Assembly (NCBI GenBank): GCA_951406725.2
Contig: OX597821.1
Location: 434,001-498,000, forward strand
Source of the DNA: Octopus vulgaris
Lineage: Eukaryota
Length of the DNA: 64,000 nt
Direction of reading: 5' to 3'
Made by a program: the position numbers and the translations under genes
Notes under the pieces: generated by a model
Seen by the model: only the letters and a program-made list of their open reading frames with translations
Database searches by the model: none
What the model was told of the DNA's origin: nothing
Part shown: positions 38,694 through 52,507 of the stretch, piece by piece
Position numbering within the stretch: position 1 is the first letter of the stretch
How the letters are laid out: each line of letters starts with the position of its first letter

Positions 38694-39517
38694 CAGGGTG
38701 CAATGGGTAAATTGTTGCCATTTTATATTCTTAATTTTATGCATGCACATTGTTTGTTTTTGATTTTTTCAACTACACAGTATAGTAGGGTTTGTTGGGC
38801 ACCATCTGTGAGAAAAACAGCACCATGACACAATTCACTCTGCCAGAAATTTGGAAATGACATGCTGTACTGCTTGGCATTCTTGCTGGAAGCTCTAATA
38901 CAAACATTACAGAGTGTTTGGGTGTCAATCTGAGGACAGTGCAATCTGAGGACATGTACCGAGAGTGATAAAAATCAAACATCCAGTCAACACAGCCTCA
39001 GACACAACACAGAGGCCTACATCAAGTGTCTGGAGGAAGTAGTGCTGCCTTGGGTGAAGAGGGTGGCTGCTGGAAGACCCTGTGTCTGGCAACAGGACTC
39101 TGCCCCATGCCACACATGCAGGAGATCCCAGTGATGGCTGTCAGACTATTTCTGTAACTTCACCCCAAACATCTGGCTACCTAACTCCCCAGACTGCAAC
39201 CTCCTTGATTATTATATGTGGGGCACAGGCAAGCAAGAGACCAACAAAACTCCTTGTAACATCAAGGAGGAACTGAAGGCAAGGATTATGGCAGTATTCA
39301 CCAACTTAAAAAAGGAGAGTATTGAGAAGAGTTGCAGGAGATTCTGAAGTCGTCTGGAGGCCATGGTTGAAGCCAGTGGTGATTTTATTGAATGAATTTA
39401 TATTTTAGTATTTTAAGATATTTTAATGTAATTTTGGTAAATACATCTGTTAAAATGAGACGTCAGTGTTATTTTCCTTTTTGCATAATTTAGACGACAG
39501 TTTATTCATCGCACCTG
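38694..39517 (+). mobile_element. Internally deleted Tc1/mariner transposon, DD37D (maT)-like transposase pseudogene
   Basis: About 39030-39230 translates to EEVVLPWVKRVAAGRPCVWQQDSAPCHT..*W..IWLPNSPDCNLLDYYMWG (36 residues between the D's in this copy); imperfect TIRs CAGGGTGCAATGGGTAAATTGT / ACAGTTTATTCATCGCACCTG; TA at left. Confidence 0.85.
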
Positions 39518-40094
39518 ATTATACATATATATATATATATATATTTACAATCACACAACATATACATCATATACATTACACACGTCTCATACACACACGA
39601 CATACATACACCATTCCTGGTTTCATTCATTCATCTATGGTCATGCTGGGGCACCACCATGACACACACACATCTATACACCTTTATTGGCTACACAAAC
39701 ATTTCACACACACACACACACACACCTATGTGTGTTCTAATAATGAAAAAGGTTATTTTTCTTTTTAAAAAAACTTTGTATTAAAGTTCAGCTTTTTATT
39801 TATTAGCTTTAATTTTTCTCAAATTATCTTAATTATATTCTTTTGTTGACTTTTCGCAAATGTTTCAAAATTTAATTTCGTCGCTCTCACCCATCTACTC
39901 CCCACACTTCCCACAATATCTTAAAGTTTCATTAAAAAGACAACGCTGATTATTTCAAGCTCTGCCAGATTAGATTAAGACAAAAACAACCGATCAGAAA
40001 ACTAAAAGAATATATTATGAATACATAAGAGAGATTAAAAAAAAACCCACAAAAAACTCAAAAGTCAGACATTGATAATATGTATGTATACACA

Positions 40095-40465
40095 CATGAA
40101 GGCTGGGTGGTTAAGAAGCTTACTTGGCAGTAATGGGGATCCAGGTTCAGTCCCACTGCACAACACCTTGGGCAAGTATCTTTTATAGTTCTGAATTGAC
40201 CAATGCCTTGTGAATTAATTTGGCAGATGGAAACTATGTAGAAGCCCATGAAAACTATGTAAAGGTGTGTGTGTGTGTGTGTGTGTGTCCTCTTCACTGT
40301 TAAATAACAAGTTTTGGTTTGTTTGTGGCCCTGTAACTCATTGGTTTGGCAAAAGAGATAGAATGAGTATCAAATATAAGATAAGAACTGAGGTCAGTTT
40401 GTTCAACTAAACCCTTAAAGAAATGCCCCAGCATGGTCACAGTCCAGTGACTAAACAAGAAACTA
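40095..40465 (+). mobile_element. Family A SINE (older)
   Basis: Head, CCTTGGGCAAGT, tail CCCAGCATGGTCACAGTCCAGTGACT. Confidence 0.8.
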
Positions 40466-40675
40466 TAAATATCATCATTATCATCAGTTTTATGCTCACT
40501 TTTCCATTGTTGCATGGTTTACATGGAATTTATTGAAGCAGATAATTTTATAGCTGGAGGCTCTTCCTGTTGGCAACTCCCCCCCCCCCCCCGTTTCCAT
40601 GTTATATATATATATATATAAACATATATACATGCAAATATATATGTATTTGGATGTATGTCTGTATGTGTATAC

Positions 40676-40945
40676 TTGTTGTTTGTTCCTTCTCGAGCCA
40701 TGCCTGGCTCATCAGGGCCGGTTTCCCGGTTTCCTTGGCGTATAGGTTCTCCACCTGGACAGGATGCCAGTCCGTCGCAGGTGAGCTGCAAGATGCAGGA
40801 GGAAAGAGTGAGAGAAAGTTGTGGCGAAAGAGTCAGCAGAAGTTCACTATTACCCTCTGCCGGAGCCGCGTGGAGCTTAGGTGTTTTGCTCAGAAACACA
40901 CACATCGCCCGGTCTGAGATTCAAACTCGCGATCCTTTGACCACA
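40676..40945 (-). mobile_element. tRNA-SINE family C
   Basis: Homologous along its length to 12461-12750. Confidence 0.8.
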
Positions 40946-41019
40946 ATTCCGATCGTGCAGACAAATGAAATGACGCTAAGCATTTTCCCCGGCATGCCAA
41001 CGACTACCAACTTGCCACC

Positions 41020-41061
<42 letters not shown>

Positions 41062-41271
41062 GTTATTGTTCATTTTTTTCTATTTTTTATCTTTATTTTT
41101 TCCTTTTTCCCTTTTTCTTTCTTTCTGTTTTCTTTTTTTTCACCACATATCTTGACTTTTTAAATGAACAATCTTGTGTGTTTATTTTAAAGGCCTACCA
41201 ATGTATACAGTGAGTTTCTTTGCTCTAGGTGTCAGGAAGACACTCAGCAAGAAGTGGAAACAAAATTGTAA

Positions 41272-41299
<28 letters not shown>

Positions 41300-41305
<6 letters not shown>

Positions 41306-41752
41306 TTCCAATTTTGGCACAAAGCCAGCAGCAAGTTTAGAGGAGGGTGTAAGTTGATTAAATTGACCCCAGTGGTCAACTGGTACTTATTTTATTGAAC
41401 CCCAAAGGGAGGAAAGGCAAAGTTGACCTTGGTGGAATTTGAACTCAGGACATAAAGATAGATGAAATGGTGCTGAGCTTTCTGGTCGGCATGCTAACGA
41501 TCCTGACAGCTCGTTATCTTGAATACCAATAATAATGGTTTCAAATTTTGGCATAAAGCTAGTAATTTTGGGGGTGGGGTAAATTGATTACATTGGCTAA
41601 AGTATTCAACTGGTTTTTATTTTATCGACCCCAAAAGAATGAGAAGCAAAGTTGGCTCAGGAGACATTTGATCTCAGAAAGTGGAGTCAGAAGAAATGCC
41701 ACTAAACATTTTACCCAACTTTGTAACAATTCTGTCAGCTTGTTGCCTTAAT
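41300..41752 (-). mobile_element. Two tandem family B SINEs
   Basis: TTTTGGCAYAAAGC.AG..AAAGTTG..TTTGA.CTCAG twice, within (AAT)n. Confidence 0.8.
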
Positions 41753-41774
41753 AATAGTAATAATGATGATGATG

Positions 41775-41807
<33 letters not shown>

Positions 41808-41811
<4 letters not shown>

Positions 41812-42169
41812 GAGCAGACAGAGAGCGCAAACCTCTGTCAAGACAACACCAACGTCCTCTCAACGATTAGCTGGAGATGATTTTTAAAATGAGAATATCT
41901 GAAATAAACTCAACTGTTCTCACAAATGAGAATACTAAAAATGAACCTGACCGCTCTCAAAAATTAAGTAAAAAAAATGGAAAAATAATCTAGAAACCTT
42001 GTCTGGTACCAGATTGATCCCAAAATCTAATCAGTTCATGCAAGTCACAAGGCTAAAAATCCCAGAACGTTTCATCCGAATCCATCCAGCGGTTCTTGAG
42101 ATATCTTGTCCACAGACAAACAAACATGACTGAAAACAATACTTCCACCTTCGCTAAGATGGAGGTAAT
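41808..42169. mobile_element. Non-autonomous Helentron/DINE-like element
   Basis: Subterminal ACCTCTGTC near the left end, terminal hairpin ACTTCCACCTT-CGCT-AAGATGGAGGT, ACAGACAAACAAAC microsatellite, inserted in (AAT)n. Confidence 0.5.
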
Positions 42170-42647
42170 AATAATTATAAAGATATTTAAAAATTAACCT
42201 TAAGGGCACTGAATAATGGAAAATTTACAAGGACAGTTTTTATTAAATTGGTGTGGTCACTGGTCAATATAGTTGAAAAATAAAAAAGAGAAAACAGAAA
42301 ACTGAAGTATATATATGGAATGAAATGAGACTTCCTAATAAGGCAACAGCCATCAAGGACAAATAAAGGGCCTCTTTATCATGGACAGTAGTACAGCAAT
42401 ATATTGGAAACAAACAAAAAATAGGATAAAAAAAGCAATAACAAAAAAGTTCGTAAAAAAATAAGGAAAAAGTTAAAAAGAAAATGTAAGAAAATATATA
42501 GAAAAACAATAAAACAAAACTATGAATATAAAGTAATTATCTAATTTATTTAATAACTAAATTGTCCCAGAATAGGCAAATTAACATTTTGTGATAAGTA
42601 ATTAGTCCTGTGTTACAGCATCCACGTGTGTCTCTATACATATTCAT

Positions 42648-42689
<42 letters not shown>

Positions 42690-42691
<2 letters not shown>

Positions 42692-43024
42692 TCTTTTATT
42701 CTTTTGCTTGTTTCAGTCATTTGACTGCAGCCATGCTGGAGCACCACCCCTCTAGTTGAATAAATCCGCCCCCCCCCCCCACCAGAACTTATTCTTTGTA
42801 AGTCTAGTATTTATTTTTCAGTCTCTTGTGCCAGACTGCTATGTTATGGGGGTCGTAAACACACTAGCATCAGTTGTCAAGTGACAGTGGGGGGACAAAC
42901 ACAGACACACAAATACATACACACACACACTCATATACGACAGGCTTCTTTCAGTTTCCAACTACCAAATCTACTCACAAGGCTTTGGTTGACCTGAGGC
43001 TATAGAAGACATTTGCCCAAGGTG

Positions 43025-43028
<4 letters not shown>
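42690..43028 (-). mobile_element. Family A SINE lacking its head
   Basis: Reverse-complement tail and CORE-like segment. Confidence 0.8.
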
Positions 43029-43065
<37 letters not shown>

Positions 43066-43294
43066 TACATACACACACATAAGCATCATACATAGATAAA
43101 GATATATACACACATACACATGTATATGTTACATATACATTCACATGTATATAGACATAGTAAGCATAGGCTATACATGTATGCACACACACACACAAAC
43201 ATATGTACACGCATACATACACATTTATATATTACATATACATTCACATAGGCATAAAATATATGCACACATATGTATATACACACTCATGTAC

Positions 43295-43341
<47 letters not shown>

Positions 43342-44050
43342 TACACAAAAAACATTGAACAAAGCCATCATGCAGTCATTCAGAAGACAGACAGACAGAC
43401 ACACACACACACTATACAAAAATAATGGTTGGTATCTAATTTGAGATTCAGAAGCCGTCTCCCTTTCTCTGGTGCGTGATTTAAAAAAATTGTTTGTGTT
43501 AATTATTTGATAAAATTTCTGTATCAGTTTATCAATTAGTCTTGTCCAATGTTCAGCAACATTAAAAAAAATCACAAAAATAACAACACAAGAACACCAT
43601 AAAGGAATTTATAAGCAAATAAACAAACTAAAAATAAAAAAGAAAATACATGTAAATATGAATGTCTTGTAAATATAAATTTCATTAAAACCTCAAAGTT
43701 CAAAAATAAACAGGTTTTTTTTTTTACATTGTTGCTGTTGTTGTTGTTTTGGGGGCCAAGTATTTTCCTATTATGTATGGTTTTCTGAAAAATGAACACA
43801 GACACACACATGTATACACAATCCCTCTCTCTCTCATATATATATATATAAATATATCTAGAGAGAGAGAGAGAGAGAGAGATGTTTATGTGTGTGTGTG
43901 TATACATGTACATAAATGTGTGTATTTCTATAAAAACCTATTTTTAAAAATGTAATAGGTAAATACTAATAGTGTATGAACACATATATAGAAAGATACA
44001 TTTTTTTCGCATTTATTATCATCATTATTATTATAGCAGCTGTTTTTGTG

Positions 44051-44139
<89 letters not shown>

Positions 44140-44438
44140 TAGATTTTTCCTGGAAGTCCTTATTTCTGATTTATTTCCACAGTGTTATTGGTTTTTAGAA
44201 GTGTTTTGCCAAAGATAATTATGTTTTTTTTTCTTTTTTTAGCCTAGTTTATAAAATATGTCATATTTTGTTGTCTGTTGGTGAGCTTATGGGGGTGGGT
44301 GGCAGGGAGAGTACAGAGGGGAGGAAATTCTTGTTTTGGTAAATAATATTCATCTGCATTTTTTTTTTACTTTTAATATATTTGTCTCAATTTTCAGTTT
44401 CATTTGATGTGTGTGTGCGTGTACATATATATATATAT

Positions 44439-44480
44439 GTGGTGCATTTGAGCACTGTATACAATAATTTCATTATTATA
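44439..44480 (+). mobile_element. Very short 3' tail of the 47945-49490 LINE family
   Basis: GTGGTGCATTTGAGCACTGTATACAATAATTTCATTATT matches 49440-49480. Confidence 0.7.
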
Positions 44481-46171
44481 TATATATATGTATGTATGTA
44501 TGTATATATATATTTATGTGTATATGTAAACATGCATATATTTATATACTTACACATATAAAAACACATGCACACACACACACATGTACATATGTGTGTG
44601 TATGTATACGTATGGGTATATCCATATCCACATATAGGAAAACATGTATTTACAGACACACATATGTATACATACATAAATATATACACATACGCATGCA
44701 TAGTATGTAGGTATGGTTTTGCAGTAAAAACAGCTTATTTTGTAAGTGTGTGATCTTGGATTTGATCCCTTGGACAAGTGTTACTTAATAAGGCTTGGGA
44801 GTGAAATTAAGTATGCATATACATAGGCATACACTTATAAATATACACAGACAGCCTGTTCTAGTCAATCTAGGGAATGGAATAGCCAGCTTGTGAAATT
44901 GATGTGCAAGCACTGCACAGACGCATGTGTAGTAATCTTAATGTAGTTCTCAAAGAGATTCAGCAGGGCACAGAAGGGGACAATGCTGGGCCCTTTCGAT
45001 TATAGGCACAACACATTTTTGCCTGTTGAGCAGACTGGAACAACAAGAAATAAAGTGTCTTGCTCAAGGACAAAATGTGCTGCTAGAATTGAACTCATGA
45101 CCTTATAATCGAGAGCTGAATACCCTAACCAATGAGCCATGTGCCTTCACCACATACACACCCAATTATGTGTCATGGTTTTTTTTTGAAAAGTAGTGTT
45201 TTGCTCTACTATTTATAATTACATCCATGGAAAGAGTTGACATGTCTAAATTACATTTTCCCATTAATTTCATTAGTTAAAAAAAGAATAACTGGTTTTT
45301 TTTCTTTCTGTTTGAATGCTTTTCTTAGATATCTAAGAATAAAAGTTGAAATATAGGTGTATGCATCCATGTATATATGCAAACATATATATCTACATCT
45401 ATTTATCTATCTATCTATTTATCTATATATATATGCACACAGACACATATATACACACATATGCACCTGCATAGAAACATACGCATATTTATACACACAT
45501 ATGCACATGCATACAAATATATGTACACACACACACATGCACATATGTATACACACACAATTATACATTCATACAAACAAATCCTACATAGACACTCCCA
45601 TAAGCCAAGGACTCCACATGCAGCCATGCACAAATTCTTCAATTAAACATGTTATCTTGATTTTTGATAGGCACTTGGGTCCCTCAAATCTGAAGGAATG
45701 GATATATCTGATTAAATCAACTACTATCCTCAGCTCATGCTTATTTCTATCAACCCCCTGAAGGATGAAAGAAAAAAAATGAAGGAAAAAAAACAGAAAA
45801 ACATATTTACTCTGGTGGAATATGAACTCCTAATGTAAAGATATGCAGCTAAATTCTGCAAAGCCAATTTGCCCAGCGGTTTACTGATTCTGCAATTTCC
45901 TCCCCATCTAAACAAGTTATATTTAACAGAATGATGACTGTTCTCATGTTTTATGATATTTTATTAAAGAATTTTTTCTTCATATTTCCTTCTTAGTTTG
46001 GGAACTTCTTTATGGTTCCCAAATAAACAAATACCTCATAAGGAAATGCGAGGAACAATCTTTAATTAAAAAGATAAATCTTCAGCACTTTTGTGTTTTT
46101 CAATATATGCAAAAGAAAAACTATCCCCACCCATATATGTGTACAGGTACACATTTTATATATATATATAT

Positions 46172-46204
<33 letters not shown>

Positions 46205-46214
46205 CATACATACA

Positions 46215-46245
<31 letters not shown>

Positions 46246-46631
46246 GTATACATATATATATATAATGAGTCACAAATTTTAATATAATGCATAGCTTATC
46301 TTTATATACATCAATGTATCTTTGTTATCATTTTAACTTCCACTTTGCCATGCTTGCATCTGTCAGGTGAAATTTAGTGAGGTAGAATTTCAACGGACGG
46401 ATTCTCTTCCTGTTACAGACTCACATTTGTTTTCAAGTAATGATAATATTTGCCCCTGTCCCTTAAATGCAAAAGCACAATGGCCATTAGGTCTAATGCA
46501 GGATACCGCAAGAGAAAGATACTGTTCGTCTGTCGGTGACATTTCTTTACAAATGGCAAGAGATATTAAGGGAGAGAGACATGAACCCATATGCTTCTTC
46601 CAATTTTCGTCTATCAAATCCCCTCACAATG

Positions 46632-46666
<35 letters not shown>

Positions 46667-46830
46667 AATCCACACACACACACACATATAGTTCTTCTGT
46701 AAATGATATTTATTTTAATTATATCTATTAATTGAAGTCTACAGTATTATATTCGATTAATATACCCACTTTACTGATAATTATATGAGTGCATTTTTCC
46801 TGACTTATGGATTCTTAGATGGTTGTATAT

Positions 46831-46880
<50 letters not shown>

Positions 46881-46882
<2 letters not shown>

Positions 46883-47135
46883 TGAATTCTCTTGTCGTGA
46901 ATAGAAAATGAGGGTTCAGTAAAGTAAAGTGGTAATCGTGTTCTATGGAGAGGAATATGTCTTTTGAGGCCTGCTGGCACCTTGCAAACCTTTTTGGCAA
47001 ATGGAACGAGTTGAGGACTCAGTTTGCTCGAGTGCTTGTGAATCATTTTCTTGGGTGGATGGCAAGGCATGCTTGGCTTTGTTGCCACAAAACCACAATG
47101 GCTGGTAAGGTTTCCATTTAGAAGAGTAGCATTTA
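46881..47135 (-). mobile_element. Possible LINE 3' end with decayed C2H2-like motifs, ending in (CA)n
   Basis: Minus-strand frames give HCGFVATKPS and ICQK / VCKVPAGLKRHIPLH; bounded by microsatellites. Confidence 0.35.
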
Positions 47136-47944
47136 CACACACACATACACACACGCACACACATAATATAAAATGCCTGAAATTCAAATGGGGTGGTCAA
47201 GGCCGGAATGCTTCATTCAGAGCTTACCTGGGGCTAGATCAAGAACTACAACACACAACGGCAAACAGCTGTGGACAAATATAAGTAATCTTATACACAA
47301 GCATGTATAAAACTATACATACAATTAATATACCCATGTATCTACATATGTAAATATGTGAACACTACACACATGCACACAAACATACATACATATATAT
47401 ACACTCACATATACATCGTATCATAATTGTAAATGCATGTAAACTTAACAGGGAACACCTGAATATAAATCTACACATATATACACTTTTATATAATCCC
47501 CGTCTACATCCATATTAATTCCACCCCCTTACACACACAGGCATACAGATTTACATAATCCCCTATGCACTCACTCCCCCCACCTTACTTAGCCCCTATT
47601 CACTAACTCAACTCCCCAATGTTTCATGATATAAAATATAAAAAAGAGCCTAAAAACCCCTTCAGTCCTTTGTTCTTAATCTTTTGCACACTTTTCGGCT
47701 TAGGAGTTAAGAGGGGACTCACCCCATCCCACGTGGGTATTACATAGACACCATATGTTTGATAAAAAAGAATAAAAACCTCAAGCTCTGTCACTTGATG
47801 TCCATATGACAATTAAAAAAGTAAATTAATGAAAAAATAAAAGAAATAAGAATTAACATAGGTGGGGAGAGTACATGCTTTGAGAGAGAGAGAGAGAGAA
47901 AGTAGTGGAGTAGTAAGGTCCATTACTATGGAAGGTCCATTACT

Positions 47945-49490
47945 CTAAGCCAACTTTCTCTAATCTTCCAATTCTGTCTTGACAATGGTGTTACTCTAGA
48001 ACAGTGGAAAACTGCCAGTGTTATCCTTCTGTTCAAAAAAGGCGACTGCACATCGCCTGTCAACTATCGCCCCATTAGTCTTACTAGCTGCATCGCCAAA
48101 CTGATGGAATCCTGTATCAGAGAAACCCTCTGGAACTTCTGGAAGTCTCACAGCCTCATCCAGCCATCACAATTTGGATTTATTCCTAACTCCAGCTGCT
48201 GTAATCAACTCTTCGAGTTTCTTGAGGACGTTACCCAAATCACTGATCGCGGATCCTGGGTGGATGTTGTTTACCTGAACTTTGCTAAGGCTTTTAACTC
48301 TGTGCCACACAAAAGACTTATGGTGAATCTCTCTGCGTTGGGCGTAAGAGACGAACTCTATAACTGGTTGAAGTCCTTTATTTTCGGCCGAAAAGAGGTT
48401 GTCACAGTTCTAGGACAGCACTCTTCGCCCTCTGAGATGACATCTGGTGTACCCACAGGGATCTGTTCTTGGCTTCCTTTTATTTGTTGCATATGTTAAT
48501 GACATAGATGCCAACTTAAAGAATGCCACAGTGCTGAAATATGCAGATGACATCAAGCTGTACCTTGAAATAAAGAGGTCAGATCCTGTACACTATAGAT
48601 CTCTATTGCTGGCAGACCTGGACACAATGCAGCAGTGGATCATGGACTGGCAACTCAAGCTGGCTGTGGACAAATGTACCACCATGCGTTTTGGGAGGAG
48701 AAACCCAGCGTCCACCTACTCCCTCCACAACACTAGTCTCAAAAAGTCTTCATGTGAACGTGACCTGGGTGTTATTGTCAACAGTGATTTGCGTTGGACA
48801 AAACACATCGCTAAAATTGTCAAGAAGGCTGAGGGTGTCTTGGCATCACTCACCGAATCCTTTGTGAGCCACTCTCCGACTATCTATCTGTGGCTTTATA
48901 TAGCTATGGTAAGACCTCACCTGGAATTTGCATCACCGGTCTGGAGCCCCTATCTTGCCCAGGATATCAATCGTCTGGAAGCCGTTCAGCAACGTGCAAC
49001 CAAAAGAATACCCTCCATCAGCCATTTGCCATATCCTGAATGCCTTACTTCCCTGGGCATGGACACATTGAAACTCCGACATCTGGCAGCTGACTTGGCA
49101 GACACCCATAAAATTATCAACCATCGTACAAACAATAACTCTGAGCACCTTTTCAAACTCCACCCATCTAACACCCGTGGACAAAGTCAGAAAACAGCAC
49201 AGCTCCCATGAATTCAGGAAACATTTTTTCATGCTGAAAGTTGCTGAAGCATGGAACAAACTGCCGGCATCAGTTGTTAGTTGTTGGAGCACTGCATCCT
49301 TCAAAACTTCCATGCTTTCTGAGATTCGCCAACACTACACCTGATTTTCTCCCCTCCATACACACACAAGCATGTATCTGACTCATGCATTGTTCGCTTT
49401 CCAGACATTTGTACATTACTGCATATACTCTGACAAGTTGTGGTGCACCTGAGCACTGTATACAATAATTTCATTATTATTATTATTTAT
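47945..49490 (+). pseudogene. 5'-truncated CR1/L2-group LINE: reverse transcriptase pseudogene with frameshift near 48455, 3' UTR and (ATT)n tail
   Basis: KKGDCTSPVNYRPISLTS, QFGF, VYLNFAKAFNSVPH, GVP/QGSVLG, KYADD, ERDLGV, RPHLEF..WSP motifs in ORFs 48104-48499 and 48447-49211. Confidence 0.93.
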
Positions 49491-50577
49491 TATTAATATG
49501 AGGAGAGGGTGTATGCTTTTAGAAAGAGAGAGTAGTGGACTTGGAAAGTCCATTACTAATATAGAAGTGGGGTATATGCTTTTGTGGTGAAAGAGTTAAG
49601 TAGGGAGGTCCAGTGCTAACATAAAGGGAACATTATGTGTTTTGGAAGAAAGTTTAGAGTGGGTTAGATTGACCAATTTATTAAGTGTAGAAGAGTACAC
49701 ATCCAGCATAAAGTCCAATCTTTGATGTGATGTGGTGGCTTGTATGCCTTAATGATCCTGACAGATATGTCAGTGGCGAGTAAGTTCCAGGGAGGGCCTC
49801 CCATGTTGGACAGGTGAAAGGACAGAGGCCAGACTAATATGGATCATCTCTTTTACCCAGAGGTAGAAATGGGTTTGTGTAGGGCCAATATTCCTAGACA
49901 GAAAAAGGTAAACAAAGTTACAGGAGCATTGATGACAATTTAAAACCAAGACCAATGAAAGAAAAGCCTTCTCACGGGGAAATATGTGACATGGAGCAGA
50001 AAAAAATTTGAAAGAAAGCTGCACAGAGCTGGAAAAGAAAAGAAGCCTTATGTCTCTGGAGAATGAAATTGGATGGATATGAAAGAAATGGTTCTTGGAA
50101 GATCATAAGAACCCTTAACTTCCAGAAGATGTTGAAGGATTAATGTAAACTTTTACCTTTTACTTGTTCTTGTCAGTGGACTGTGACAAACTGGGGCGCC
50201 ACCTTAAAGGGTTTGATCAAATAAATAAATTCCAGTTCTTTGAGAGAAGCAGAAAAAACAGCCCAGAGTGTGTGTGTGTGGCAGGGGGGGGGGCACCAAA
50301 AGGATGAAAGGCAAAGTTGATCCTAGCAGCATTTGAACTCAGAATGCAAAGATGGATAAAATGCTGCAAAGCATTTTGCCTGGCGTTCTTACAATTCTGC
50401 CAGTTCATCACCAATAATAATAATAATAATAATAATAAATAGACCAAAAGTGAAACATGGCGAAGATTGATAAGAGAAGTTGGTGAAGGAAATTGGGTGG
50501 ATATGGAAGAAATGGTTCTTGAGAATTTATAAGAGCTCTTAGCTTTCAGAAGATGTTGAAGGATTAATGTAAACATC

Positions 50578-50930
50578 TACCTTTTACTTGTTTATGCCAT
50601 TGGACTATGGCAAGCTGGGGCACCACCTTAAAGGGTTTAGTCAAATAAATCAACCCCAGTTCTTGTACTTTAAATCTCATACATATTCTATTGGTCTTTC
50701 ATTATGGAGACATAAACAAACCAACACTAGTTGTCGGGCAGTGATGGGGGACAAACATACACACACACAAATATATGATGGTCTTTCACACAGGTTCCAT
50801 CTACTCACAAGGCATCGGTCAGTCCAGAGCTGTTGTAGAAGTCACTTGCCAAAGATGCTGTACAGTGGGACTGAATCCCAAACCACATGATTGCAAACTG
50901 AGTATTTTAACGACACAGCCATGCCTGTGG
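50578..50930 (-). mobile_element. Family A SINE (older); its tail and flank are duplicated at about 50060-50240
   Basis: Tail CTTTTACTTG..CTGGGGCACCACCTTAAAGG; head ACACAGCCATGCCT. Confidence 0.75.
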
Positions 50931-51271
50931 CTATTATGTTCAAAGCAACCGCAAAACCATAACTTTGAGGCTAGTGGGGATTTAATGGGATCAAAGTGTG
51001 GTTGAACGAGCCCTTTTGATACTAGCATCCTCTGAGACTACCCCAGGTTCTCCAGTCCAAGAACTACCATTCTAAACTGTTCTTATTAAAATTAAAACCT
51101 TCCATTTTAATTTTATACTTTGTTCATTTATATTCCATGGACTTGTTTAATTAATAATATCAAAGTTAATTATTTCACTGAATCACTACAAATTCTAGGC
51201 CATTTCCATAATTAATTAAAACACAGAAGCTGAGTATTTCATTACAAATTTGATCAGAAAAGGATTCAATT

Positions 51272-51550
51272 TGTTGTATAGTTACTGCAACATTGTACAG
51301 TTTCTGTTGTATATGTTCTATACTATTGTATAGTTACTAGTATGCTGTACAGTTTACTGTGTTGTATAGTTATTGTCATATTGTACAGTTTCTATTGTGT
51401 TGTATAGTTTCTATAGTATTGTATAGTTACTAGTCTGCTGTACAGTTTACTAATGTGTTGTATAGTTATTGTCATGTAGTTTCTGTCCTGTTGTATATGG
51501 TTACTAATGTACTGTAGAGTTACCGTTGTGTTGTACTGTTGTTTATTATA
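51272..51550. repeat. ~18/36-bp minisatellite (TTGTATAGTTACTAGTATGCTGTACAGTTTACTGTG)
   Basis: Periodic tgtatagtt / tgtacagttt. Confidence 0.75.
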
Positions 51551-52461
51551 CAGGAACAGTGTATTTCATGAGAAATTATGTCAGGAAACCATTAAATTGA
51601 CCAGTGTTTTTCTGGTAATTTTCTTATTAACTTCAGATGAATGAAGAGGTGAAACTCAGAATGAATGAAAAGAATCTAAATAAATACCATATTGTATTTT
51701 GTACAATGGTCTACCAATTCTGCTGCCATGAACCAAATCTTAGATCTTCAGGTGTTTTATTTATGTGTTATTGTCCATTATTTGCGAGGTCAGTTCCCAA
51801 CCTAATACTTACAATTTCCTTTTAGAGAATTTTTCCATACATCATCCTGTGATGTGCCTCGATGCATCGTCAGTAATATTTCTTTGGGTCATTGGATGTA
51901 TCAGGTCTTTCAGCAAGCAGACATTGCCACCCAGGTAACCTAACCAGAGTTAATCAAGCTCTAACCTGTGTCCAGTTTATACGACATTTTATAGGGTTCA
52001 CTCGTTCTGATCCATATTCAACTTGAAGTCGTCTAACCCATGCGAGCATGCAAAGTGGACGTTAAATGATGATGACGACGATAATATATATATATATATA
52101 TATATATGAGTGAGTATATAGGGATAGATTATTTCCAGGCTATACAAGCACTCAGGTATAGTCAAGGTTCAGGCTAACTGCATCAAATAGCAAGGGACAC
52201 CTAGAATTACTTCAGGTGAGCAATCCCACAGTAATTCTTCTGCTGGGTAAATCCTGGGTTCGCTTGACTGAATATTTTCAGGAGTGGAAATCCAAAGAAT
52301 ACAGAGACTGATCCATCTTCAAATTTTTCTTTTAATTTTTCCAGTTAGTTATAAAGCAAAATTGGTTAATATGACCAATTATACGGTTTAATTAACAGTG
52401 AAAATAAAAATTACAAGAAAAAAATATGAAGATGGATCAGTCACTGTATCTTTTGTAATTG

Positions 52462-52504
<43 letters not shown>

Positions 52505-52507
<3 letters not shown>

